Under the pieces are notes generated by a model that was given only the letters and a program-made list of their open reading frames with translations, had not been told where the DNA came from and ran no database searches. Positions 1 to 12,664 of a DNA stretch of 64,000 nt are shown in pieces (within the stretch, counting starts at the first letter, position 1; the number at the start of each line of letters is the position of its first letter). Made by a program: the position numbers and the translations under genes. Origin of the DNA: Phallusia mammillata (lineage: Eukaryota); contig OZ281494.1 of assembly GCA_965637545.1 (NCBI GenBank), forward strand, positions 18,104,001 through 18,168,000, read 5' to 3'.

Positions 1-591
1 CTTCAGCAGAATGTTGACAACACGGAGGAATGTGAACCGACACAGCAAGAACAGACATTAGTAATTGAACAAATGGGAACTGATGCAGAGGTTATGGTAG
101 TGGAAAAAACATCTGTGGCGTGGTACAAGCGTTGTGTTGTCTGCTATCACCCAAGTGTACCTGATATTACGATCTTGGCTTATTACGATCCAGAACCACT
201 GGCTTTGCGTGAAGCAGGAACTTCTAAGTACTGCTGGCCACGAAAGCATGGACGTAGACTCTTTCTTAACATATACATCGAACCTAAAAAATACATTTTT
301 CATCGCATCGATAACACTCATAATACGGGTTCCTTTCAACTCCCCGGCACACCTCGAGGTCAGTGTCCTCAGTATATCAAGGCATTTCCTAATGGGAAGT
401 TATCCATGTCGACGACAAGTCAACCCAGTTCAGATCCGTTTGTGTTCATACTAAAACACGACAATCGAGGCCCTCAATACTTTCAGGTGCAACATAAAAA
501 AAGTGGCATGTATTTCGGAAAAGATCCAGAAACTTGCAAGGTATTGCTTGTGAATGAAAATGCTCAAGCTATTAACTTTGCACCCTTGTAA
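1..591 (+). CDS. Leaderless beta-trefoil-like (IL-1/FGF-like) protein A1; 5' end lies outside the window
   Basis: Frame 1 is open from base 1 (LQQNVDNTEEC...) to the stop at 591. It is a clear paralog of 6507..7142. The C-terminal pattern DPFVFILKH...FQVQHKKSGMYFG...AINFAPL resembles the last strands of beta-trefoils. Coding status is well supported; the fold is inference. Confidence 0.7.
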   Translation, partial: LQQNVDNTEECEPTQQEQTLVIEQMGTDAEVMVVEKTSVAWYKRCVVCYHPSVPDITILAYYDPEPLALREAGTSKYCWPRKHGRRLFLNIYIEPKKYIFHRIDNTHNTGSFQLPGTPRGQCPQYIKAFPNGKLSMSTTSQPSSDPFVFILKHDNRGPQYFQVQHKKSGMYFGKDPETCKVLLVNENAQAINFAPL

Positions 592-1986
592 AATGTGTTT
601 AATTTGTCAAAATCGTATTACCAAGAACAACGCGTTGACAGTTCGATGTGTAAATTTGCGAGTATTTCCTTTTGGCATCCCACTGATTTGTGGTAACGCA
701 TTGAAATGCCCTTTACAGACAAACGCAACTACTCACAAAACGTTTTTCGACTTATTACTCGCTGTAAAATATTGTAAATACCTACAAGCTTCCAACCCTC
801 GATTTTTCAGTGATTGTTTAAATTAACGGGACACCCTTATTGACGTTTTACATTGTTCTTTACGTCACGTAATTGCCTTACATTAGCAAACTATTTTACA
901 GTTTTATGCTTCATTGAATTCGCAAAAAAGAGCCATATTTGCCAAATTGTCACAAAAATCACAAAATAGTGTCTTTTATACTGGTGTGTGCACTTTAACC
1001 AGCAAACTATTGCCTTTGCTAAATTACCACAACTTGTGCACTTCTCACATAACGCTCAAAATAAACAAAAAGCTGGGTTATAGCCTACAGTTTTTTTGTT
1101 TGCTTATATTATTCGTGTGGTAGTTGCAAATTGTTCAACTGTTTGTGTGCAATACATCATGTCGCATCAGTTCTTCATTATTAGTTTGACAAACGTCAAA
1201 GCTTCGACATCAAGAAACTAATTGGCTAAAACAGGCCTACTCAAATGGCGAACCTTGGTCCTCGTACGAGGCTGTCAGGTTTAAGATGTGGACGTCGACA
1301 GTCTTCAATTTTTTGTGGGTGTCAAGCATTGGCCAGCTGAGCGATTGCGAGGAGCTTGAGATCTTTTTACAATGTTATGTGATGTCACACCACAAGACAG
1401 TACCAACAGAAGGCCAATTCATACCATCAATTAAAAAAAACAGACGATTGTTACGAGAGTTTGTCGTCGTTTTAGTCTTGTCGGAAATGTAATAAACACA
1501 CGTTTAAAACTTTCCGAATGGAGAGAGTGCTAAAAATCTGAATGATTTTTTATGCATGTATACATGACAATTCTTTCACAAGAAGTAAACGTATATTTTT
1601 CAACTCAAACTCATATTTTTGAGTGTATATTTTTGGCATCGCAAGTAAATTGCAAAGAGGCTTATCTGATATGAAATCAGGAAGTTTTGAAACCACTGCT
1701 ATACGTCAATATATTAGATATGCCAATTTTCCCATTACCTGACATAGACACATTGCCTTTGCATAAGTGACAGTATAATGTCTAGACCTCTGCACTTCTT
1801 CACGTTTTATAAATCGACCTTTGACAAAACTATTTCGTTAGAGTTGGAACTGCAAAAAAATCTCAACATCGCCAATGATGACAAACGTTGTTTAATAGAC
1901 GATGATGCGTTTTTCCAAAAAAAAAACAGTTTTAAACAGGTTGTTGGGCTAGGTCAGCGGTTCCCAAACTGGGGTCCGCGGTCCTT

Positions 1987-2358
1987 TTATTTGGCGTCAG
2001 TTTGTGCCACTAAATAAGTTTAAATCAGTGGTTCCCAAACTTTTTCATTATTTTGTCAAAACGGTCCTTTTGCCATTATTTCGAGGGCTCGCGGTCCTTG
2101 TGTAAGCTGGAATGTGTATTTCAGAAAAACGAAAGTTGTGTGCAGGATTTTCGTTAGTTATGCAAAATTGCGCATAATAAAGATCCAAAGACAGCATCTG
2201 ACATCACAGACAAGACAAAAAACACTACGGTTGTGCGCGAACAATTGCATTTTTGATAGTTGTCATTCAATAAAGGCTATTGTTTAGCAATGGAGGCAGT
2301 CATTTTCTCAATTCTCTCGATTTAAACTTATTCAGTGGCACAAACTGACGCCAAATAA
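1987..2358. repeat. Inverted-repeat element with ~40 bp arms
   Basis: TTATTTGGCGTCAGTTTGTGCCACTAAATAAGTTTAAATC (1987-2026) is inverted at 2319-2358 with one mismatch. It lies among hAT-like MITE ends (CAGCGGTTCCCAAAC, CAGTGGTTCCCAAAC). Confidence 0.6.
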
Positions 2359-2676
2359 GATTATAGAATTCTTTTATAGGCCACAATGTTTAACTATTAC
2401 GTTCGTTTATAAATTAACTGTCATGATGTTCTCGAAGATTTCTTACAAATATTGATCGATGATGTTCTTTTTTTCAGTTAACTTTCGAAAGCCGTGACGT
2501 AACAGTTGTTGGCAGAACTAAATCATTATGCTGTGCATCACCGCTGTCGCATTTCCGGATTTGCGAACATTCAATTGGAAGCTTTAACGAGCATTATGCG
2601 TCAGCTCGTTCCTGGCTTTGCACCAGCATCAAGCCATTGGGTCATTGTGATGCAATCAATTTTACATGTGCTAAAT

Positions 2677-3379
2677 CAGAGGTGTCAAACTCGTGGGGTT
2701 CGGGGGCCACATTGCAGTTTGGAAGTTATGCCGAGGGCCGCATGTGATTTTTAATCTAGTTTTATACATTTAAACAACCTTTTCGCTACGACGGCCGCAT
2801 TGCAGATCTTAATTTCACCAACAGTCGCCAATTGCCTGCTGGTTTTTGTTTTAAAATTACAGAATAGGTTTATATCATATATATATGCCATCTATTGACG
2901 CCCCAAAATCTCAGATTAATTTCCAACTTGATGCACAGATTGAGCTACACAGTTCAGTTTTAAATGTTTATGACGTCATAATCCATATTGTGATGTTTTT
3001 TCCATTGCTTGCACAATAGGTCTACAAAAAGTCTGACGCATATGGCTAAGGCCGGTAATACTCTTTTCCGTAACATAAAATCTGTTTAGAGCAGTATGAA
3101 AATCAAAATATTTGGCAAAGGAGTTTTGATTACATCACGGCGGCCAGTACATATATTTTAACGAACATGTTCACGTGTGGCCGTCCGGCTTCAGATTGAA
3201 CGCCCTTGATTGAAACTTAACGCCTTGAGAAACGGTTAAATACTATCGTTTCTGTTCATAACATATGAATTTTGATTAATAAATTTAATAAATAAAAATC
3301 TGACAAAATTGTACAAGTGTTTATGAGTGTTCGTGTGCCGCATTGGAGGGCTTCGCGGGCCGCGAGTTGGACACCCGTG
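2677..3379. mobile_element. hAT-type MITE
   Basis: Imperfect TIRs CAGAGGTGTCAAACTCG / CGAGTTGGACACCCGTG; perfect 8-bp TSD TGCTAAAT. Confidence 0.85.
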
Positions 3380-3503
3380 TGCTAAATCACAATAAAAAGA
3401 AGTAAACAGAATTAGTTAATAATTATTACAAAATAGTTGGTCGCATACTTTCATGGACCAATTAAAATCCTGTATTTGTCAAACCACATAATGTAGTTGT
3501 AAT

Positions 3504-3982
3504 CAGGGAGTCGAACCGGAACTGAACCCGAACCCGCGAACCGGTTTGAGCGGTAAATTTCATTAAACCCGAACCGAACCCGAACCGCTAATTACGATTT
3601 TCCAAAAACCCGAACCGGAGTTGTACCCCATATTTTGTTTGGCGTTGGACCCGAACCGGAACTGAACCAGTAAAAAATGCAGTCTGTTTCATTTTTTTGG
3701 TTTTTTTTTCTAAACAGCACACGCGGGATAACACTCAAAATTCTTCTGGAGTTTTATAAGGCCAGGTAGATGATCGGTAGATTAAGTTGAAACAAATAAA
3801 AATTTGAACCGGTTTAAAAACCGCAAACCGGTTCGGATCGGATAATTTGCCCAAAACGAAACAAAACCCGAACCCGAAAATATACATTTTTAAAAACCTG
3901 AACCGAACCGGAACCCTTAAAAACAAAACGAAGTGAACCCGAACCGAACCTGAACCCATATGACAAGCGGTTCGACTCCCTG
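3504..3982. mobile_element. hAT-type MITE with internal CCGAAC repeats
   Basis: 15-bp TIR CAGGGAGTCGAACCG / CGGTTCGACTCCCTG; perfect 8-bp TSD GTTGTAAT; many internal AACCCG/AACCGA units. Confidence 0.9.
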
Positions 3983-4997
3983 GTTGTAATACCTCTGTCA
4001 TTTTGTTAGCATACAAACATGCGGTTCAATTTTTAGATGACCACAAAACAGCGAATAAGATGATATGCATTTCGGAATGGCAAATTGCAATTCTGTAGAA
4101 CTCTTAAAAACAAAAAAGCCCTAGCTGCAAACTGTAAATTTGTTTTGATATTGTTTTTTTCTTTAATTCTATATTTTTTCTTTAAAATTATATACATTAC
4201 GTTTCATATGTTTTTACTTAGTCGATTAACTGAGCAATATGTAACCCATAGGTGGGTCTTTCGTTGGTCAGTCCTCCATGGCCGTATTACTTGCTGTAAA
4301 GTATAAACTTAGTTCGAGCCGTTCGACATTAACTATGTCAACTGTACAATGTATTTCACGCCACTTTTGCACCAATCAACGCCAACCTAATGTTATATTA
4401 TTCCTTTAAAACGACGGTTTTAGTAATGGATCAAAACCATCAACAGCATGGCTTAAACCGACGATCTCTGTTTGCTTATATCAACTATAAAACAGGAAAA
4501 TCTATAAACGGTACAAACCTTGGTTTAAGCAAAATACTCATTTTTTGTGAAGAAATATATATTTTGCCTAAATTCATGAGAGAGAATATATATTTCGCCA
4601 TCATCAGTTACTTAAACCATTTAAAAAATGAGTGGTCAAACAAACACGGTAAAATGCATGAAAGTTTTTCTCCTCGATTCGGCGCCCAGTGTTGCGCTTG
4701 TTTTGGTTTGGAGGTCAGTTCGAGTAGATTGGAACCACTTTAAAACAGGTTCCGGGAGTTAGTCATGTCAATTTCTTGTTTTCATGTTTTATTGCTTTTA
4801 TGAATTTTACTGTTTTTGTTTGACCACTCATTTTTTCTCGACTTTCAGGACTGATTTTGTTTAAACCAAGAATTTTACCGTCTGTTGGTTTTTGTTTCAA
4901 TGTTTGCATAAAAAAGGCAATTGCCTTTATTTAAAAGGAAAGGAATGTCTAGGGTCTAGGCAAAGAGTCGAACCGCTTGTTATATGACAGGTGTGAC

Positions 4998-5082
4998 CAG
5001 GTTTTTTTTTAAGGTTTGGTTTGGGTGACCGCTAAGTAGTTTTAACCGTTTCGGTCCCCCAAAACACCTTAAAAAAACACTG
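4998..5082. mobile_element. 85-bp hAT-type MITE; short relative of 61138..61302
   Basis: TIR CAGGTTTTTTTTTAAGG / CCTTAAAAAAACACTG; perfect 8-bp TSD GGTGTGAC; internal sequence shared in reverse with 61138..61302. Confidence 0.85.
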
Positions 5083-5452
5083 GGTGTGACCAACACCTCG
5101 ATCGCGATCGACTGGTTGATCGTCTGCTTTTGACTGGTCGATCGCACTAAATTCTCCACTATACTAATCAAAAGCCTATTAATTGAAAAACAAAGATATA
5201 TAAAACAGCACTTCTGACATTTTGACACAACGCACAAATGTGCAATGAGACAATAATTATGTAAATGTCATTTTCTTTGTTGCGTAACAATTGTGATTTT
5301 GGCAACAAATTATGCGGTACGTGCATAAAATAGCAAAGTGAATGAAGTCGTTTTAACGACCTTAGTGCCTTTTTCCTGCGTCAACGTAACAAATTGTGTG
5401 TGACGTCACTATAACAAATCGACTTCCATCGTGTGACAATAATTGTATACAT

Positions 5453-5660
5453 CAGTAGTTCCCAAACTGTGCGTCGCGACGCCCTGGTGCGTCGTCTCAA
5501 TTTTCCAAGGCCGTCGCAGAATAGTTCCGTATTGTGGCCTTTTATTGTTGTATCAATAAACACAACTTTAATAATGAGTATTAACTTTTATTTGCTGGTG
5601 CGTCGCAAGTCCAGAAACCTTTTCCAGAAGCGTCGCAACAAAAAAAGTTTAAGACCACTG
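5453..5660. mobile_element. hAT-type MITE
   Basis: Ends CAGTAGTTCCCAAACT / AGTTTAAGACCACTG; TSD GTATACAT vs GTGTACAT (7/8); internal GTGCGTCGC repeats. Confidence 0.75.
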
Positions 5661-6506
5661 GTGTACATAATAAGTTTAAGAATCGTACGCCCTTTAGTAA
5701 GATGTTATGAAGACGGAAGGGTATTGTCTAAATACTTATTGAGTATTTACTTTCAGGTAACGTTCGCCATCGCTGATTGAAGGTTTCTTGTGATAGAATT
5801 ATATGAATTACCTTACGTTTAACTGGTCAAAAATAATCAATTTTTCATGATGGCATTTCAAAAATATCTTCAGGCAGTTGTAAAATCAAAATCGAAGAAA
5901 CTTTGGTAAAACATTGGAGACCCCTTGTTCAAGCAACACTGTTTGTGGTATTATGCAATTAAGGGCAATTCCGAAATGGAAACAATCAGCCACTAGCTTG
6001 TTTGAGTAAGAAGATAAATTTAAATCTCACCTAAAACATGACTAATCATATACTGCCAGTTACAATTGCCTAGGGAAGATGTATTTTAAAAGCGCGACAT
6101 TTTGACACTCTCGAATATGCACAGATTTTTAACATATGCTCAGATCACCATTCCAAGGATCAAAATTACTTCACGCAATGAAATGTTTTTGCTTTGATGA
6201 GAAATTGGCTTTCGCATCTACGGTGGATAGTACGCAACTTTAATTGTTGTTTTTCGGTATTTGTCACGTCTTAAAAGCCCGCCAAGCCCAACCGAAACGG
6301 AAATGGCAGTTTCACTCACAGTTTGCTGTTTTCTGGTCGTATATATAAACGTGCCGTCTGTTGAACACGGCATACTGATCGAGCCACGTTTACGCAGACA
6401 TATATCAAAGGTTTGGCATTAACTGGCTCACAAGACTGCGCTAAGCTAACCGCAAGTGTGCTTTTTCTTTTAAAATAATTCACCTGCTTTAACTGTTAAA
6501 ATCGCC

Positions 6507-7142
6507 ATGAGCAGAGAAGAAACAGTACCATGTATTGAAATGCTTCAGCAGAATGTTGACAACACGGAGGAATGTGAACCGACACAGCAAGAACAGACGG
6601 TAGCAGTTGAACAAAGGGGAACTGATGCAGAGGTTATGGTAGTGGAAAAAACATCTGTGGCGTGGTACAAGCGTTGTGTTGTCTGCTATCACCCAAGTGT
6701 ACCTGATATTCCGATCTTTGGTGTGGAACTACGGGCTTTATGTGAAGTTATCAATTCAGACTATTGCTGGCCACGAAAGGGTGGACCTAGGCTCTTTCTT
6801 GACCAATACATCGACGCTAAAAAATACATTTTTCATCTCATTGACAACACTGGTAATACGGGTTACCTGCAACACCCCAGCACACGTACACGTCAGTATA
6901 TCAAGGCATTCCCTGATGGGAAGGTGGCCATGTCGACGACAAACCAACCCAATTCAGATCCGTTTGTGTTCATACTAGCACAGGACCAACTAGGGTCCGG
7001 ATCATCCTTTCAGGTGCAACATAAGCGAAGTGGATTGTATTTCGGAAAAAAAGAACAAAAAACTGGCATCTGTTTCGGAAAAGAATCAAAAAACATGGTA
7101 ATACTTGTAAAAGATAATGCTATTGACTTTGCACTCCAGTAA
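6507..7142 (+). CDS. Leaderless beta-trefoil-like protein A2 (211 aa, single ORF)
   Basis: Complete ORF with an acidic N-terminus, WYKRCVVCYHP patch and no hydrophobic signal peptide. Paralog of 1..591 with frame-preserving indels. Confidence 0.75.
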   Translation: MSREETVPCIEMLQQNVDNTEECEPTQQEQTVAVEQRGTDAEVMVVEKTSVAWYKRCVVCYHPSVPDIPIFGVELRALCEVINSDYCWPRKGGPRLFLDQYIDAKKYIFHLIDNTGNTGYLQHPSTRTRQYIKAFPDGKVAMSTTNQPNSDPFVFILAQDQLGSGSSFQVQHKRSGLYFGKKEQKTGICFGKESKNMVILVKDNAIDFALQ

Positions 7143-9064
7143 AATGTGTTTAATTTATAAAAATCGTATATTAGCGATAGCATATGTCTTTTTACGCTAT
7201 ATCGCTCAAACTAACAGTCCAGTGTGTAATTTTGCGAGACCTTTTATCATCCTAAAGCTTTGTGATATTGCATTGAAATCCTTTAAAACAATCTCAGTTA
7301 TTCACAAAACATTTTGCGCCAAGTAATTATTGTAAAATGTCGAGTTTGTGCCATTGGATATGAACATTGTTCTTTATGTCAGGGATGTCAAAACGCAGCG
7401 ATTGTCATTGCAATGCCATGGTTTTTAAACTGTAATAAAGCATAGTTGGTTCTTTCACTATGTTATTTATTACTATATTGTTTTTAATGTAGTTATAACT
7501 AAGTCACTACAGTGGCATTAATAAACATTTTTTTAGTCGTGCAATTGCTTGTTGTCATGTTATACTGCAAAAATGTTTCGATAGTGCGGCCCTCGACTTA
7601 CTTAACACTTGTTAAAAGTTTGGTTTTGGCCCTAAAGTTGTTTGAGTTTGCAACGTTTTGAGACGTTTTCAGACGTTGGTCAATTTTGCAAAAATCTGGT
7701 TTTAGGCAAACTCTGAATGCTTTGTGTTTTGAAAAATGTACGTCAATGAATTGGGAGAAATTTAAAACGACGAAATATTATTCGAGGGTTAACAGTAAGC
7801 TATGAAGCGGATTACATTGTGTAAAGATTTGTTCGGTTCTTCTTTGTGAGTTTGACCACGATTTTCATCAATGACCTCATTTTCATAATGTTCTCAACGG
7901 TTTCTTATCCACTTAACTCTCGAAAGCCGTGACGTAACAGTTGTTGGCAGAAATAAATCATTATGTTGTGCATCACCGATGTCGTATTTCCGGAATTTGC
8001 GAACTTTTGAGACGGAAGCTTTAACAAGCATTATGCGTCAGCTAGTTTCTTGCAACGCTCGTGCGCCAAGTCTTTGGGTAATTCAAAAAGGAAACAATTA
8101 ATTCGTACTTCTAAAACAATTGGTCGTGTCCAATTTAAACTTTAAAACAGCCCCACAATTGATGTTCAACAGCAAATAGACTGATTTGTCTTTCGAAAAG
8201 GAAAACAGATTTCTGCCAAATACACGAATAAAATACAATTTATGTATTTGGCCCAAGCTACAGCGTTTTCGCCTTTATTTGTTAATTCGATTTAAACTAC
8301 TTTTTTAAATTGCTTTTAAATTATATTTATGAATAATTACTTTAAAAAACTTTTTTTTGACAAAATTTTGACCTATGAAGAACTCAAGTATTTAATTACG
8401 CATTATTGTACAAAAAGTTAAAATAAAGCGGTAGGCTAATCTAACTAATGCGAAAGAATGTGCAAAAAAATAACAGAAGGACAAAAATGTGAACTCAGAC
8501 CTAGCGTATTGTGAAAAGGGAAATAAACTAATTCAATGTCAAAAAACTGCAGCTAAGACACAACAACAATTGTTCAATACATTTGTGTAAACGAAACATA
8601 CATTAAGTATCTAAAGCAAAACCGAAGCAAGAGCTGCACCTGCCAAAGTTGTAAAACTGCCAAAATTGTACACGTTTTGACGTGTGTTGAGCATCACACC
8701 GTATCAACCTAATTATTTCACTTAATGGTTTATGATTGTCAATAAGTAGACAATGGGCCATTTACAACAGCATAAAGCAGGCTACAAAGTGTAAAATGAA
8801 AAGTTCACTTTACAACTCCACGAAAATGCAGTTTGTAAACAATTTTGACCATTTAAAAAATTGACTTAGTAAAAAATTTGGCAATTATTGACCTATTCTA
8901 AAAATTTTGACAAATTTTTGACTTTTTTGACAAGTCAAAAAATAATCGCCCTATGAATAACATGATATATGTTTGCTCTAAAAATTACTTGCTGTAAGTA
9001 TAGACGCGAGCCACTCGGCATGAACTGTTTCAACTGTACAATGTATTTCAGCCACTCTTACAAC

Positions 9065-9375
9065 CAGTGCTGGATTAAGGGTCTGCTGGCCTGTAGGCAC
9101 ATTTTATAAGTGGCCCGAAAATCAGGGTTGCCAAGTAAAAAAATAGAATTATCAGTGTTGCCAAATCATTGTCACAAAGATCGTTGTTGCAACTGAAAAC
9201 CCGTTAACTAGTTTTTGGAGGTCAATCAAACAGAGCTAATAAGATAAATACTTACTAGTTTAGAAAATAATTATTTTGAAAACATGACTAAATTTCTACT
9301 GATTTCAAAGTGGCCTGGATTTATGACTGGCCTGTAGGCACGTGCCTACTTTGCCTAGTGGTTAATCCGGCACTG
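9065..9375. mobile_element. hAT-type MITE
   Basis: TIR CAGTGCTGGATTAA / TTAATCCGGCACTG; perfect 8-bp TSD CTTACAAC. Confidence 0.9.
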
Positions 9376-9637
9376 CTTACAACGTGTTTTCACGCAAAGG
9401 TAATGTTTCATAGTTTACTGGTTTAAACAGACCAGCAAATAATTCGATGGCCACAACGTGTAAAAACCTTAAAAATCATTAATTAAAGGGAATGAAATGT
9501 CTAGGCATGGAGTCGAACCGCTTTTCATAGTCATATGTGCGATCGGGTCGGCTTTTTTCGAAATATTTTATATTTTGGGGGTTTAAGCGGTTTAAAACCT
9601 GTTTTCTCAAATTTTCGTTCCACTCTATATCTATAAA

Positions 9638-10020
9638 CAGGGTTGCCATCGACTTGAAACCAAAAATAAGGACAAGTGAAAGATTATTTTTTTATGCCAA
9701 ACGAAACAAACGTTTTGGAACAAATCTTTGCATTGATACGAGCCATGACATATCATTTGCAATATTTTGGCCAGAAACAATCTGTTCCAGCAACTCGTTG
9801 TTCGTAGAAAACTATAAGTGCATCTCACGACAGCTCAGGTCTAGGTTTACTTTTACTTGTAGCAGAGATTTGACTATAGTAATTGTTGAAAATAAGACAA
9901 AATAAGGACTCCAGTCAAAAATAAGGACATTTCTTAGAAATGAGGACAATGAACTTTTCTAAGACATAGCCCTTCCAAATAAGGACAAATCTTAGAAATA
10001 AGGACGGTATGGCAACCCTG
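9638..10020. mobile_element. hAT-type MITE with internal AAATAAGGAC repeats (copy 1)
   Basis: TIR CAGGGTTGCCAT / ATGGCAACCCTG; TSD TCTATAAA vs TCTATACA (7/8); a near-identical copy lies at 48049..48434. Confidence 0.9.
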
Positions 10021-10232
10021 TCTATACAGCCTTGGTGGCGATACCAATAAATAATGTAGGCCACATTTTTACTGTAGTGAATTTATAATTAAGAATTGTT
10101 TAAATTTTTATGGAATAAGACGAAGCGATACCGTTTATCGGTAGAACTCGTGCGGAACAACAAACAAAAAATCATAGACGCTAGATGGGCAGCTAGTCTG
10201 TGTAATGTGTATGGGGTTGCCTTTCTGTTATT

Positions 10233-10325
10233 TTTGGCTAAATGGCCAGGCGCGCCTGACCCACATACAGACATAAAAAAACTTGATCGGAATTCGTCTC
10301 CGGGAGCTTTCTGAGTTCGAACCCA
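10233..10325 (+). repeat. tRNA-derived (SINE-like) repeat, copy 1
   Basis: A-box-like TGGCTAAATGG and B-box GAGTTCGAACC; homologous to the minus-strand copy at ~16102..16196. Confidence 0.5.
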
Positions 10326-11328
10326 ATTAAAAAATATACAGAAAAATATTTGGCAAAATCGATGACGTTGGTTTTCAGTCATCATCAACTTAACAAATTA
10401 CTTTTGACGTCATTACTTAACGACAAACCAACATTCAGTTCTGTAACAATGATTTTTTAGGATTCATCCACCCTTTGCTGATGTTATAAAGACATTAAGT
10501 TAGCGTGTAAATGTTTATACACCATTTTTGGCCCTTTAGAAAATGCGCCATCGGTTTGGATTGAAGGTTGCGTGTGATAAAATTATAACAATTACCTCAG
10601 GTTTAACTGTCAAAAATAATTCTGTACAGTTGCGTTTGAAAAACATATTTGAGCAGCTAAAAATTTAATGATAATTTACCCGATATTAAACATTAGAATG
10701 CATTGTGTTTCATTGGATTGAACATACAACCTTACAAATAACGTCATGTTTGATATGCAGTGGTTCAACGTTGAGGCTAACGACTGTAAATATACCTCCG
10801 AGTACAGTTCTCTGTGTGGGATGAAGCTTCCGTTTCTGCCGAGAAGTGTTTACCGCTTTTGCAGTTGCACAATCACGTGTGGTTCAAGTTTATCCTTTTT
10901 GTTTGGAACGCTTTTGATTTGTTGCTTTTTTTTCCTGAAAATTAGCATGTTTATTTCTGGGCGCTGTAAACAAAATATATAAATATTGAAATGTGAATTT
11001 GTGAATGAAATAAGTGTATTTGCCTTTCCTTAACATCTCTTTATTCTAAAACAAATAACGTATACCAGTTGACAACGGCTATAATTACTGCTTACGGTTT
11101 AGCGCAGCAACGTCAGCTAATCAGTGCTTGCCTTATGCATGATCGGGTAAATAGTTTCCTGATTAAGCGCTTTGGAAGACCGAGAAAGAAAAATAAACAC
11201 TGGTTATTAATACACGGTGTAGTAACAGATGGTCTCTGCATTAGCATCGTGGGTTGGTTGTAAATAGCTGCGGCAGCTGTAAACCTTTCCTTAGTTGGTT
11301 GCGTAGAACCTCTGCAGTTTTTAAGGAC

Positions 11329-12096
11329 ATGGACTTCTTAGACGATTTGTTGCAAGCTGAATCGTTGCTAAGTGATCTCGAAGAAGACAGTGACGACGAT
11401 ACAACTGATCCGGGTTGCTGCCTTTGTTTGTTGATTTGTCCGTGGAAACCTAAAACGTTTTCTGCCCAACTGCAACTCCAAGGCTATGGGTTGTTAAAAC
11501 GCAAGCAGGCCATGACAAAGTATACAGTCAATCCTTTCGTGAATATTTCAACTGAGGGCATTACCAAACCAAAATACGTGAACACTTTTACGGAACAAAG
11601 TCGCAGCGAGTTACAGCCTACAAATGCGTTGTTGCCTTTAGATGATAAAGCTCTCGCAACATGGGCCTTTTCAAGAAAAACAGGAGACACCAACGTTTTA
11701 AACAAATGCAAAGTGGTGGTCTTTCGTGACGATAGCACAGAGTTTTGGAAACCCAAAAGTGGCCAAGTTTTTGTAACAGCAGTATCGTCCTACACACCCG
11801 TATGGACTGTATGGAAAGACGCAAACAACTATTGCGTTTTTGGCATAAATTTTAAAAGAAGAATGTACTACATTGCATGGTGCAACAACAAGGTACGATT
11901 GGTGCTGGGAACAGAACCAGTTGTCAGAAATCCTGTGACCAATGACCAGCGGTTTTTTAAAATGAAACACGATCGGCTGAGCAGAAAGAACATATTCCAG
12001 CACATCGGAACGAAGCAATTCCTAGCTATTGGATCAGATAAATTTCTGACCCTTGTTCCAATGAAGCCTCAGGCCCAGGGCTGGAAGTTGCAGTAG
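11329..12096 (+). CDS. Leaderless beta-trefoil-like protein B1 (255 aa from ATG 11329)
   Basis: ATG 11329 (MDFLDDLLQAES) matches the start of paralog 14786 (MDVVDDLMQAES). Acidic tract DLEEDSDDDTTD, CCLCLLICPWKP motif, then a beta-rich C-terminal domain. Confidence 0.8.
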   Translation: MDFLDDLLQAESLLSDLEEDSDDDTTDPGCCLCLLICPWKPKTFSAQLQLQGYGLLKRKQAMTKYTVNPFVNISTEGITKPKYVNTFTEQSRSELQPTNALLPLDDKALATWAFSRKTGDTNVLNKCKVVVFRDDSTEFWKPKSGQVFVTAVSSYTPVWTVWKDANNYCVFGINFKRRMYYIAWCNNKVRLVLGTEPVVRNPVTNDQRFFKMKHDRLSRKNIFQHIGTKQFLAIGSDKFLTLVPMKPQAQGWKLQ

Positions 12097-12233
12097 TGGA
12101 ATTGTACCAACATTCAGTTAAAATACAAAAACCTTTTTGGTAAACTGATATTTTTACAGCTGCACTTCTGTAATAGTGCCTAGTTTTAGATATCAGAGCC
12201 ATATGTCTGATACTAATTTTGATTCGACTACAC

Positions 12234-12664
12234 CAGCGGTTCTCAACCAGTGGGCCATGGCAATTTTACAAGAATAATGGCTTGGGGAGGAATTGAGAAG
12301 GAATGTAAATTAATTTGAATTATTCTATTTACGGTATAAAGTTACTTTGAGTTTCTGCAACCCCGTATGTTTATGATGTAATAAACTACTGTGTGATTAC
12401 AATAAAGCCAGATAATAGCAGAATATCAATTGTCCAATTATTCGGTCATAACTGAAAGTGCTTGATTAAAGAAGGGAAAGTGCTGTTTTATGATTTTTTG
12501 CATTAACATATTTTGAACTTATTATCTGTTTGAAATATGTCCTGCAGTTTTTTTGTTCTGAACCTACTTTATAGTTGTTTCTTTCTTTCATAAAAATTTA
12601 CTGGGCCACAGAATTTTTGTGCAATGAAAGTGGGCCACGAAAGAAAAAAGGTTGAGAACCACTG
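12234..12664. mobile_element. hAT-type MITE
   Basis: TIR CAGCGGTTCTCAACC / GGTTGAGAACCACTG; TSD GACTACAC vs GACTATAC (7/8). Confidence 0.85.

Larger units (their letters stand above)
2440..10700 (+). repeat. Tandem segmental duplication of gene A plus its downstream spacer
   Basis: Homologous non-coding blocks: ~2440-2620 vs ~7880-8045, ~4290-4450 vs ~8985-9060 and ~9380-9520, ~5680-5900 vs ~10480-10700. The offsets vary because each copy carries different MITEs. Confidence 0.75.

Noticed and set aside
3504-3982. CRISPR-like or coding interpretation of short periodic repeats (also 9638..10020 and 62096..62585)
   Set aside because: These are irregular subterminal repeats inside TIR/TSD-bounded MITEs in a eukaryotic genome, with no repeat-spacer regularity.
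11254-11328. N-terminal extension of the B1 ORF from a non-ATG start (ORF track 11254)
   Set aside because: The paralog alignment places the start at ATG 11329; the extension has no counterpart in B2.
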